Below, in pieces: positions 1-6,878 of a stretch of 10,034 bases of DNA (the first letter of the stretch is position 1; the number at the start of each line of letters is the position of its first letter). This DNA is from a virus, in UHGV virus genome UHGV-0258254; one strand, given 5' to 3'. The position numbers and the translations under genes were made by a program. The notes under the pieces are model-generated. The model saw nothing but the letters and a program-made list of their open reading frames with translations. It searched no databases and was not told the DNA's origin.

Positions 1-164
1 CTTCCATCACACCGCCAAAGAATGCGCTGACAGGCTCCCAGTATTTACGGATAAGCAACGCCCCGGCGACAATTGCAGCCACCACGGCCACAACCGGCCA
101 GCTAATCGCCCCGATGGCCGTTATAACGGCACTACCAACCGTCGTGAAGATTGCACCCATTGCG
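1..164. repeat. Direct repeat copy A1 of tape-measure internal sequence (partner 568-731, a few mismatches)
   Basis: Read by eye: 1-164 aligns base-for-base with 568-731 except a handful of substitutions (e.g. catcac vs caccac; ggccgttataacggcactacc vs ggcggtcataacagcactgcc). The repeat may extend beyond the window start. Confidence 0.85.
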
Positions 165-442
165 GCCAGCTCAGCCGCCGCCGTGCTGATGACCGCCGCC
201 TCAAGCGGAAAGCTGGACAAACTGACCGCTGCGTTTAAAGCCTCAGACGGGAAGACCGCCGAGCTGGTAAATATCATGCAGGACAACCTCGGCGGCGACT
301 TTAAGGAGTTTCAGTCCGCTTATGAGGCGGTGGGGACTGACCTGTTTGACCAGCAGGAAGGCGCACTGCGTAAGCTCACGCAGACGGTCACAAAGTATGT
401 GTTAAAACTCGACGGCTGGATCCAGAAAAACAAATCACTGGC
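164..442. repeat. Inverted repeat copy B1 (279 bp) of tape-measure internal sequence; partner 849-1127 in opposite orientation, about 98 percent identical
   Basis: The plus strand at 164-442 is the reverse complement of 849-1127 with about 4 mismatches. The plus-strand translation gives SSAAAVLMTAASSGKLDKL...DGWIQKNKSLA, the same peptide the minus-strand T gene encodes at 849-1127 (with S/T and V/A substitutions). Confidence 0.85.
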
Positions 443-2452
443 TTTGACCGGGGCAATCAGGTTTTTAAACCACTGCCACGCGGCCTGTAACTTTTCACCC
501 AGCCAGTCAAACAGCGGCTTAAGTGGCGTGAACAGCTCCCCCACCGGCGCAAATGCCGCTTTCAGCCCTTCCACCACACCGCCAAAGAATGCGCTGACAG
601 GCTCCCAGTATTTACGGATAAGCAACGCCCCGGCGACAATTGCAGCCACCACGGCCACAACCGGCCAGCTAATCGCCCCGATGGCGGTCATAACAGCACT
701 GCCAACCGTCGTGAAGATTGCCCCCATTGCGCCTGCTGCCGCGATGATGGCATTGATGCCGGTGATAACCGGCCAGGCTACAAGACCAATGGCACCGATG
801 ACACCAATCAGCGCCAGTGCACCACCGACAATGAGGCCGATGGTTGATGCCAGTGATTTGTTTTTCTGGATCCAGCCGTCGAGTTTTAACACATACTTTG
901 TGGCCGTCTGCGTGAGCTTACGCAGCGCGCCTTCCTGCTGGTCAAACAGGTCAGTCCCCACCGCCTCATAAGCGGACTGAAACTCTTTAAAGTCACCGCC
1001 TAGGTTGTCCTGCATGATATTTACCAGCTCGGCGGTCTTCCCGTCTGAGGCTTTAAACGCAGCGGTCAGTTTGTCCAGCTTTCCGGTTGAGGCGGCAGTC
1101 ATCAGCACGGCGGCGGCTGAGCTGGCCTCCTCCCCGAAAATAGTTTTCATGTATTCAGCCTGCTGGGCAGTACCGAGCCGGTTTTTCTCAAAACTGGCCT
1201 GCATTTCTTTCAGAATGGTAAATATTGGCCGGGTGTTTCCCTTGCTGTCTGAGGTTTTCACACCAAGCTCTTTGAGTGCATCCCATGCTTTTCCCGTCGG
1301 TGCCTGCAGGCGGCTTAACACGGCACGGCTTCCCGTCCCCGCCATTGAGCCTGTGATTTTTGCATCATGCAGCGCCCCGACCATTGCGGCGGTTTCTTCA
1401 ATGCTGACACCGGCATTTTTTGCCACAGGTGCGGCATAGGTCAGCGCATCGCTCATGCCGTCAAAATCGGCGGCGGTTTTGTTCATCGTCATGGAGAGAA
1501 CATCCCCGATATGAGCGACCTTATCGTTTGAAAGCTGAAAGGCGGATTTCATCCCCATCAGCAGGGCGGCGTTTTCTTCCATCGTGCGGCGGTTCGCCAG
1601 CGCCATATTCAGCGTGACCGGCGTTGCCGCCTGAATGGCATCAACATCCCCACCCGCTTTCGCGATGATTATCTGTGCACCGGCCGCATCATCCGCCGAG
1701 GCGGCGGTATTGTCGCCGAGCTGGCGCGCCTGTTTGCGTAGTGCGGTCATTTCGGCGGAGTCTTTTGCCACTCCGAGCACGGCCTGCAATTCTGAGTTTT
1801 TCTGCGCAAACTCATAACCGGGCATCAGCAACTTAACTCCGGCCATCGTTCCCGCCGCCGCAATCCCCACACCGGCAGCGCCCACTGAGGCCATATTTCC
1901 GGCCAGTTCCTTGCCTGCCTGATAACGCTGTTTTACTGCGTTAAGTTTTGCCTGTTGCGCACTGACACGCGCCAGCGCGTCACGCTGACGGTTAAGCTGT
2001 GCGGTGGTTTCACTGATACGGTTTTTCAGTCCCTGCTCATCATGTGCAAGATTGCGGGTATTAATTCCCACAACGGCCAGTTCCCGCTGCTGGCGTTTAA
2101 CGGAATCCGTCAGGCGGTTATATTTCGCCTGTAAGTCCTCCGCCGCACGCTTTGCGGATTCCAGCACTTTCGCCTGAGCACGTGTCGGACGTTCGGTGTT
2201 TTTAAACTGTGTGGCAAGGGCTTCGGCCTCCTGCCGTGCCTTTTCAAGTGCATGACCAGTCACGGCGAGCTGTGCACTGGTCTTGCGAAATCCCTCAATA
2301 CGGGATGCCTGACCGTTCAGCTCACGCAGTGATTTTTGTGTTTCCCGGATATCCCCCGACAGCGATTTGCTCGCTGTGCGGATGGATTTAAACGGGCGGG
2401 ATGCCTGGTCAACAGCCCTGAGCAATACCTGTAATTTTACATTGTTACTCAT
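320..2452 (-). CDS. T: Phage tail tape measure protein (P2 gpT-like); 3' end disrupted by rearrangement, C-terminal ~40 codons (320-442) are antisense of an inverted T fragment
   Basis: 710-aa ORF immediately downstream of E/E' with its start overlapping the E' stop. It has a long coiled-coil-like Q/A/R/L-rich N-terminal region and a Gly/Ala/Ile-rich hydrophobic segment typical of tape measure proteins. Its position after the frameshifted chaperone pair matches P2 order. The region below 442 is not authentic T sequence. Confidence 0.8.
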   Translation of the reverse strand: MSNNVKLQVLLRAVDQASRPFKSIRTASKSLSGDIRETQKSLRELNGQASRIEGFRKTSAQLAVTGHALEKARQEAEALATQFKNTERPTRAQAKVLESAKRAAEDLQAKYNRLTDSVKRQQRELAVVGINTRNLAHDEQGLKNRISETTAQLNRQRDALARVSAQQAKLNAVKQRYQAGKELAGNMASVGAAGVGIAAAGTMAGVKLLMPGYEFAQKNSELQAVLGVAKDSAEMTALRKQARQLGDNTAASADDAAGAQIIIAKAGGDVDAIQAATPVTLNMALANRRTMEENAALLMGMKSAFQLSNDKVAHIGDVLSMTMNKTAADFDGMSDALTYAAPVAKNAGVSIEETAAMVGALHDAKITGSMAGTGSRAVLSRLQAPTGKAWDALKELGVKTSDSKGNTRPIFTILKEMQASFEKNRLGTAQQAEYMKTIFGEEASSAAAVLMTAASTGKLDKLTAAFKASDGKTAELVNIMQDNLGGDFKEFQSAYEAVGTDLFDQQEGALRKLTQTATKYVLKLDGWIQKNKSLASTIGLIVGGALALIGVIGAIGLVAWPVITGINAIIAAAGAMGAIFTTVGSAVMTAIGAISWPVVAVVAAIVAGALLIRKYWEPVSAFFGGVVEGLKAAFAPVGELFTPLKPLFDWLGEKLQAAWQWFKNLIAPVKASDLFFWIQPSSFNTYFVTVCVSLRSAPSCWSNRSVPTAS

Positions 2453-2872
2453 TCGTGTTTCCGCTTCGCCGGAGCGCCTTTTCGCGCCATGTGATGAGTT
2501 CGGTCAGGCTCATGGGATACAGTTCTGATGGCGGCCAGTGAAATATCACTGCCACATCCGCCATCAGGTCATCGACCGAGAGATTTTTCGGAAACGTCAC
2601 TGCACCGAGTTCGGCGACAAAAAACCGACCACCTTACCGGCCAGCGCCACAAGGTCAGGCAGTTCCAGCGCGGCGACCTCCTGCTCGGTCAGCATCGGCG
2701 CCGTCATGCGCGGCAGCACTTTAATCAGTGCATCGACTTCGGAGTTCGCGACCGCTGCCAGACTGACACCGCGCAGCGTCCCGGCATTGGGTTTCATCAG
2801 CGTGACCTGTTCGATAACCTGCTCACCACGTTTGACCGGATTTTCCAGGGTAATGACATTTTCTTTATTCAT
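2445..2872 (-). CDS. Tail assembly chaperone gpE+E', product of programmed -1 ribosomal frameshift (predicted 142 aa)
   Basis: I translated the -1 frame by hand from the slippery site: VAELGAVTFPKNLSVDDLMADVAVIFHWPPSELYPMSLTELITWREKALRRSGNTNE, ending at TAA 2445-2447, which overlaps the T start (ATG 2450-2452). 85 + 57 = 142 aa, the size I recall for P2 E+E'. Confidence 0.8.
2597..2872 (-). CDS. E: Tail assembly chaperone gpE (91 aa)
   Basis: 91-aa ORF between tail tube FII and tape measure T, ending GFLSPNSVQ with an in-frame T TTT TTG slippery heptamer. Size and position match P2 gpE. Confidence 0.88.
   Translation of the reverse strand: MNKENVITLENPVKRGEQVIEQVTLMKPNAGTLRGVSLAAVANSEVDALIKVLPRMTAPMLTEQEVAALELPDLVALAGKVVGFLSPNSVQ
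2618..2624 (-). other. -1 programmed frameshift slippery heptamer T TTT TTG (X XXY YYZ) in gene E
   Basis: Minus-strand codons are ggT TTT TTG (G83 F84 L85 of E); the plus strand reads caaaaaa at 2618-2624. Confidence 0.8.
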
Positions 2873-2900
2873 GGTTTTCTCACTTCTGAATCAGGGTTAA

Positions 2901-2921
2901 CCGGTCAGCCTGGCTGACCGG
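2901..2921. repeat. Perfect 21-bp palindrome ccggtcagcc-t-ggctgaccgg in the FII-E intergenic region (potential RNA hairpin)
   Basis: Seen directly: a 10-bp arm, one central base, and the exact reverse-complement arm. It lies between the FII stop (2929) and the E start (2872). No U-tract follows on the transcribed (minus) strand. Confidence 0.7.
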
Positions 2922-2928
2922 ATGAAAA

Positions 2929-3447
2929 TCACAGGCCGATATTACGGCGGTGTTGCTCCAGCCGGTCGACGCCGTTCACCTTCTCAATCATGTTGATGGT
3001 GTCGATTTCGACCAGCTCCTTACCGTCCATCGTCAGCCGGAAATAGGTGCAGACCACGGAGATTTTCGACTCGGTGTCTTCTCCCTGTTTCCCCTCGCCG
3101 GTGTCGATTTCTTTCTGACGTCCACGCATGACCACTTCGACGGCCACCGTTTCGCCGGTATCGTCACGCTGGTAAGAGCCTGCAAAACGAATCGGCACAG
3201 CATCCACACCGGTTGCGGCGTAAAGCTCCCAGATAACCGAATCCGGGAAGCCACCGAGTGACCACTCCATTGACAGCGCATCGTCATCAAGGCCGAGGTC
3301 TACCGGTGCGCTGCCGTTCATCCCCGCACCGCGATAGTTTTCGAGCTTACGGGTCAGTTTTGGTAGCGTGACGGACTTCGCGACGCCCTGATAGCTGTAG
3401 CCGTTCAGAAAGACGTTCATTAACTTGAGTTTGCGCGGCATTGCCAT
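2929..3447 (-). CDS. FII: Tail tube protein (P2 gpFII-like), 172 aa
   Basis: 172-aa ORF directly downstream of the sheath gene. The sequence MAMPRKLKLMNVFLNGYSYQGVAKSVTLPKL... and its size match what I recall of P2 FII. The sheath-tube-E/E'-T order is conserved. Confidence 0.9.
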   Translation of the reverse strand: MAMPRKLKLMNVFLNGYSYQGVAKSVTLPKLTRKLENYRGAGMNGSAPVDLGLDDDALSMEWSLGGFPDSVIWELYAATGVDAVPIRFAGSYQRDDTGETVAVEVVMRGRQKEIDTGEGKQGEDTESKISVVCTYFRLTMDGKELVEIDTINMIEKVNGVDRLEQHRRNIGL

Positions 3448-3459
3448 CGGTCAGGCTCC

Positions 3460-4650
3460 TTAATTGCTGTTAACCGAGGTGACCAGATTTGCCAGGTATT
3501 TATCGGTAATACGCTGGCGCAGGGTCAGGTTTTCAAGAGGAGGCACCGGGGTATAGTCGTAGTCGATATACAGTTTTCCGGCCTTAAGGGTTTCCGCATC
3601 GTTGGATTCTTCGCTGAACCAGCAGGTCGCATCCACGATATAGCCGTTTGTTTTCAGCTCACGGAATTTGGCATTGATGCCGTCAACGATGTCGCGAATC
3701 AGCGTTGCGGTGATGGGCTTGTCCACCGCCCACATGTGCGCCTCAGCCATCGTGTCGGCCAGCACCTGCGCGGTGCGGGTGTAGTTTTCAAAGAGGAACA
3801 GCGGGTCATCAGAGCAGGTACGGTTACCCCAGAATCGGAAACCGTCGCGGCGAATCAGCGTAGTGACGCCTGACTCGTTAAGCAGGTCAGCATCGGTGCC
3901 GGACTCCTGCAAATCCCAGAATACAGATGCGCTGATGCCGGTAACACCGTTCACCCCGACATTGGACAGCGTTTTATGCCAGCCCTGCTCCTGGTCGATT
4001 CTGGCACGCAGACCCAGCGCACGGGCGGTGGCATACGCGGTGGCGGTGGTGCTGGTGACCGTATCCCATGCGAGGAAATCCGGCCAGATGACCATCAGCT
4101 CACGCTGGCTGAAATTCTGGCGGTAGGCTTTCACCTCGGAAATGGTTTTACAGCCCCATGCGCTGATATACCCGAAAGCGCGCAGCTTCTGACAGACTGA
4201 TGCCAGTGCTACAGCCACCTCTTTGGTATCCAGTCCCGGCACACCAAGAATACGCGGTTTAACACCGGTTACCGACTCCGCCGCCAGCAGGGCTTTCAGT
4301 CCGGTGTACTGACCGTTTTCGTCAGTGGTGCCGATGATATTGGAAACGGTCTGCGCAAGTTTCGTTTCTTCGTCGTCGCCGGTGCCGTCCTCCACGCGCA
4401 CAACAACGGTGACCGGTTTTGACTGGTCGGCGATAGCCTGCAACGATGCCGCCAGCGTGCCTTTTTTACCGGCCTTTGCAATTGCGCTCTGCACATTGGT
4501 AATCAGCACCGGTTTATTGAGGGGGAAGGTTTCCGCATCCGCATCGCTGGCCGTGCAGACCATGCCAACAATGGCAGTGGATACGGTGGAAATGACGCGG
4601 GTGCCGTCGTTAATCTCCAGCACCTGCACGCCGTGATGATAGTCACTCAT
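3460..4650 (-). CDS. FI: Contractile tail sheath protein (P2 gpFI-like), 396 aa
   Basis: 396-aa ORF matching the size of P2 FI, upstream of the tube gene. A GGAG ribosome-binding site sits about 9 nt upstream of the ATG on the minus strand. Confidence 0.9.
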   Translation of the reverse strand: MSDYHHGVQVLEINDGTRVISTVSTAIVGMVCTASDADAETFPLNKPVLITNVQSAIAKAGKKGTLAASLQAIADQSKPVTVVVRVEDGTGDDEETKLAQTVSNIIGTTDENGQYTGLKALLAAESVTGVKPRILGVPGLDTKEVAVALASVCQKLRAFGYISAWGCKTISEVKAYRQNFSQRELMVIWPDFLAWDTVTSTTATAYATARALGLRARIDQEQGWHKTLSNVGVNGVTGISASVFWDLQESGTDADLLNESGVTTLIRRDGFRFWGNRTCSDDPLFLFENYTRTAQVLADTMAEAHMWAVDKPITATLIRDIVDGINAKFRELKTNGYIVDATCWFSEESNDAETLKAGKLYIDYDYTPVPPLENLTLRQRITDKYLANLVTSVNSN

Positions 4651-4709
4651 CCGTTTAACTCCGTGGTTAATGGGTGAGTGGTATTTTCAGTTGTGCCGGA
4701 GATGTCAGG

Positions 4710-5303
4710 CTATTTGTCCCGGTTGGCTAAGGGATGACACAATTTATTCTTTGTCGCTGATGAGGGGAATTTCTTATAGAGCGTGGACAGGCCAATATCA
4801 AAAATCAGCGCCACGCGTTGACGAGATTCCCCCGCAGCCAGCAACCGTCCGACCTGCTCCCACTCACTCGCGGTGAGTTTCGGACGTCTGCCACCAATAC
4901 GACCTTTGGCTCTGGCCGCTTCCAGTCCGGCGCGTGTCCGCTCGACAATGAGTTCTCGCTCCATTTCAGCCAGGGCACCCATCACATGAAAGAAAAAACG
5001 CCCCATCGGCGTGCTGGTATCAATAGCATCCGTCAGACTGCGAAAATTAACGCCGCGTTCGCGCAGTTCCTCAACCAGAATGACCAGATGCCGCATACTA
5101 CGCCCCAGCCTGTCCAGCTTCCAGACTACCAGAGTGTCACCTGCTGATAATGTTCTGAGCAGTTTTTTCAGTCCCGGTCTGTCGGACTTCGTGCCGCTGA
5201 TTTTATCCTCAAAAATCCGCTCGCATCCTGCGCACTCCAGCGCGTTACGCTGCAATTCCGTGTTCTGGTCATTTGTTGACACGCGTACATAGCCAATAAG
5301 CAT
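4710..5303 (-). CDS. Site-specific DNA invertase, serine recombinase of the Hin/Gin/Pin/Cin/Min family (about 197 aa; likely start at the second in-frame Met, MLIGYVRVST)
   Basis: The N-terminus MLIGYVRVSTNDQNTELQRNAL carries the catalytic Ser motif. VVWKLDRLGRS, SPMGRFFFHVMGALAEMERELIVERT and the C-terminal HTH ending STLYKKFPSS are near-identical to what I recall of Gin and Hin. It lies next to a crossover site. The ORF track extends it two codons further upstream, to 5309. Confidence 0.93.
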   Translation of the reverse strand: MLIGYVRVSTNDQNTELQRNALECAGCERIFEDKISGTKSDRPGLKKLLRTLSAGDTLVVWKLDRLGRSMRHLVILVEELRERGVNFRSLTDAIDTSTPMGRFFFHVMGALAEMERELIVERTRAGLEAARAKGRIGGRRPKLTASEWEQVGRLLAAGESRQRVALIFDIGLSTLYKKFPSSATKNKLCHPLANRDK

Positions 5304-5358
5304 GAGCATCCCCCTGAATAAAAACCGGAGATGATGCCAGTTGCCCGTTATCTCTGCA

Positions 5359-5384
5359 TTTTCATAAACGTTGGTTTAGGAGAA
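5359..5384. other. Invertase crossover site 1 (hix/gix-like 26-bp site), plus strand ttttcataaacgTTggtttaggagaa
   Basis: Its reverse complement TTCTCCTAAACC-AA-CGTTTATGAAAA fits the Hin/Gin half-site pattern TTnTCnnAAACC flanking a central AA dinucleotide. It is in inverted orientation to the site at 7227-7252. The inner half ggtttaggagaa matches the inner half of site 2 at 11 of 12 positions. Confidence 0.75.
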
Positions 5385-5882
5385 GGCTCAGCATTGCCTG
5401 TTGGCGTACCTGTTCCGTGGCCCTCAGCCACTCCGCCAACAGGCTGGCTAAAATGCAACGGAGCAGCTTTTTCTGCTGAAGAATACCCAGAACTGGCAAA
5501 GGCTTACCCGACAAATAAATTGCCTGATTTACGTGGTGAGTTTATTCGTGGCTGGGATGACGGACGTGGTATGGATACGGGGAGGGCAATATTATCAGCT
5601 CAGGGCGATGCCATACGTAATATCTATGGTGAGTTCAAGACTGTAAACACCGAAAATTATTCAATATGGGAATCAGTAGGCTCGTTTAAGGGGGCAGTGG
5701 TGCCTTTGAATCCCTCAACGAACAATAGTTATTTCTCCTTAATCAGAAGTATGGTGACTGAAAGAACAGATGGCGCTGTTTACCCAAAAGTGATTGGTCT
5801 TGATGCTTCAAGAATTGTTCCAACTGCAAACGAAAACCGTCCTCGTAACATTGCCTTTAATTATATCGTGAGAGCTGCCTGA
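5385..5882 (+). CDS. Silent alternative tail-fibre C-terminal cassette (about 165 codons, no own start; expressed only after inversion fuses it to the constant N-terminal part of H)
   Basis: The frame is continuous through the crossover site (…NVGLGE|GSALPVGV…) and has the same phase as the LGLGE codons at the site inside H. It encodes a receptor-binding tail-collar-like domain (PWPSATPPTGWLKCNGAAFSAEEYPELAKAYP…LPDLRGEFIRGWDDGRG). The ATG at 5331 in the ORF track lies outside the segment and is probably fortuitous. Confidence 0.7.
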   Translation, partial: GSALPVGVPVPWPSATPPTGWLKCNGAAFSAEEYPELAKAYPTNKLPDLRGEFIRGWDDGRGMDTGRAILSAQGDAIRNIYGEFKTVNTENYSIWESVGSFKGAVVPLNPSTNNSYFSLIRSMVTERTDGAVYPKVIGLDASRIVPTANENRPRNIAFNYIVRAA

Positions 5883-6484
5883 TGAATAAAGCCGTATTAA
5901 ATAACGAACTCATTGCCATAAAAGCGGGAGACATTACCATTTATAATTATGATGGTGAAACGCGGGAATATATTTCCACATCAACTGAATATCTTGCGGT
6001 TGGCGTCGGTATCCCGGCATGTTCTTGTTTAGATGCACCAGTTACACATAAAGCTGGTTATGCAATCTGCCGTTCTGCAGATTTTAACTCATGGGAATAT
6101 GTGCCAGACCATCGCGGTGAAGTTGTCTATAACACCGAAACGGGAGAATCAAAAGAAATCACAGCTCCGGGTGATTACCCTGAAAATACAACCACTATCG
6201 TCCCGTTAACGCCATACGATAAATGGGATGGTGAGAAATGGGTGACAGATACTGAGGCACAGCATAGTGCCGCAGTAGACGCGGCAGAAGCACAGCGCCA
6301 GTCACTGATTGATGCAGCAATGGCTTCCATCAGTCTGATTCAGCTGAAATTGCAGGCCGCACGTAAACTGACGCAGGCAGAAACAACCAGACTTAACGCC
6401 GTGCTGGATTACATTGACGCGGTGACGGCAACAGATACCAGCACCGCGCAGGATGTCATCTGGCCTGAACTGCCGGAGGCGTAG
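5882..6484 (+). CDS. Tail fibre assembly chaperone (Tfa/gpG/Mu U-like), cognate to the silent fibre cassette, 200 aa
   Basis: Its start overlaps the stop of the upstream cassette (ATGA). The C-terminal motif LNAVLDYIDAVTATDTSTAQDVIWPELP is the conserved Tfa C-terminal signature, and the gene sits directly after a fibre C-terminus. Confidence 0.75.
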   Translation: MNKAVLNNELIAIKAGDITIYNYDGETREYISTSTEYLAVGVGIPACSCLDAPVTHKAGYAICRSADFNSWEYVPDHRGEVVYNTETGESKEITAPGDYPENTTTIVPLTPYDKWDGEKWVTDTEAQHSAAVDAAEAQRQSLIDAAMASISLIQLKLQAARKLTQAETTRLNAVLDYIDAVTATDTSTAQDVIWPELPEA

Positions 6485-6875
6485 GCCATTCAATATCTGG
6501 AGCACTGGAGGTATCAACCAGTTCCAGTGCGTCCAGATAATCCAGCCACAAATTATATTGCGCCAGTTCCTCACCTTTCAGACGACCAATAGCCGCTTTA
6601 CCAGGCCATTGCCTGCTGTTCATGTGCTCGTTGGCTTCATTAATAAGTTTTCCTTTTTTCAACTCTGCCAATGCAATAAGGTTTTCTTTTGATAAAGGTG
6701 GTTGCTCTGTCAAAACCGGATATCCCTCCTGATTGCTGACTATTTTCATGCCATTATCCTGACCATCCAGTAGTGACAGCCATTCATCCGTGGTTATCTC
6801 AACAGCATCTGAAGGTGCTTTATTTAAATCGGTAAAAAAACCATTTTCTTTTTGTGAATAGAAGTATCTGTCCAT
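6456..6875 (-). CDS. Tail fibre assembly chaperone (Tfa/gpG-like), cognate to the currently expressed fibre, 139 aa
   Basis: It lies immediately downstream of the fibre gene on the minus strand. The C-terminal motif NLWLDYLDALELVDTSSAPDIEWPTPP is the Tfa signature. Its 3' end overlaps the alternative Tfa convergently at 6456-6484. Confidence 0.8.
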   Translation of the reverse strand: MDRYFYSQKENGFFTDLNKAPSDAVEITTDEWLSLLDGQDNGMKIVSNQEGYPVLTEQPPLSKENLIALAELKKGKLINEANEHMNSRQWPGKAAIGRLKGEELAQYNLWLDYLDALELVDTSSAPDIEWPTPPAVQAR

Positions 6876-6878
6876 TTA

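Noticed and set aside
114-971. 285-aa plus-strand ORF overlapping the 3' part of the tape measure gene
   Set aside because: It is a chimera made by the rearrangement: antisense of the direct repeat, then the sense-oriented inverted T fragment (164-442), then antisense of authentic T. It has no independent start context or recognisable fold and is most likely not a real gene, though its middle part is genuine T-derived coding sequence.
1-1127. Diversity-generating retroelement (template/variable repeat) explanation for the T-gene repeats
   Set aside because: There is no reverse transcriptase in the window, the mismatches between copies are not adenine-specific, and one repeat pair is inverted with coding sense on the opposite strand.
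1005-2391. Plus-strand ORFs 1005-1439, 1420-1617, 1635-1817 and 2209-2391 inside the tape measure gene
   Set aside because: These are antisense shadow ORFs in GC-rich coding sequence, with low-complexity Ala/Ser/Pro/Arg-rich translations and no similarity to anything I recognise.
2528-4636. Plus- and minus-strand ORFs overlapping E, FII and FI (2528-2917, 2538-2900, 2950-3261, 3033-3290, 3863-4126, 3976-4200, 4296-4496, 4325-4636)
   Set aside because: All are fully nested within or antisense to well-supported structural genes. They are shadow frames.
4651-4709. P2 late (Ogr-dependent) promoter upstream of FI
   Set aside because: It is expected here by P2 organisation, but I could not find a convincing TGT-N12-ACA dyad by eye in the 59-bp gap or in the adjacent invertase 3' end, so I am not reporting it.
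4670-5292. Plus-strand ORFs 4670-4876, 4818-5147 and 5011-5292 opposite the invertase
   Set aside because: They are antisense to a strongly conserved serine recombinase gene. They are shadow ORFs.
5331-5384. ATG at 5331 as the start of an independently expressed 183-aa protein
   Set aside because: The first 18 codons lie outside or within the crossover site, in the invertase upstream region. The cassette is better explained as a promoterless fibre C-terminus expressed only after inversion.
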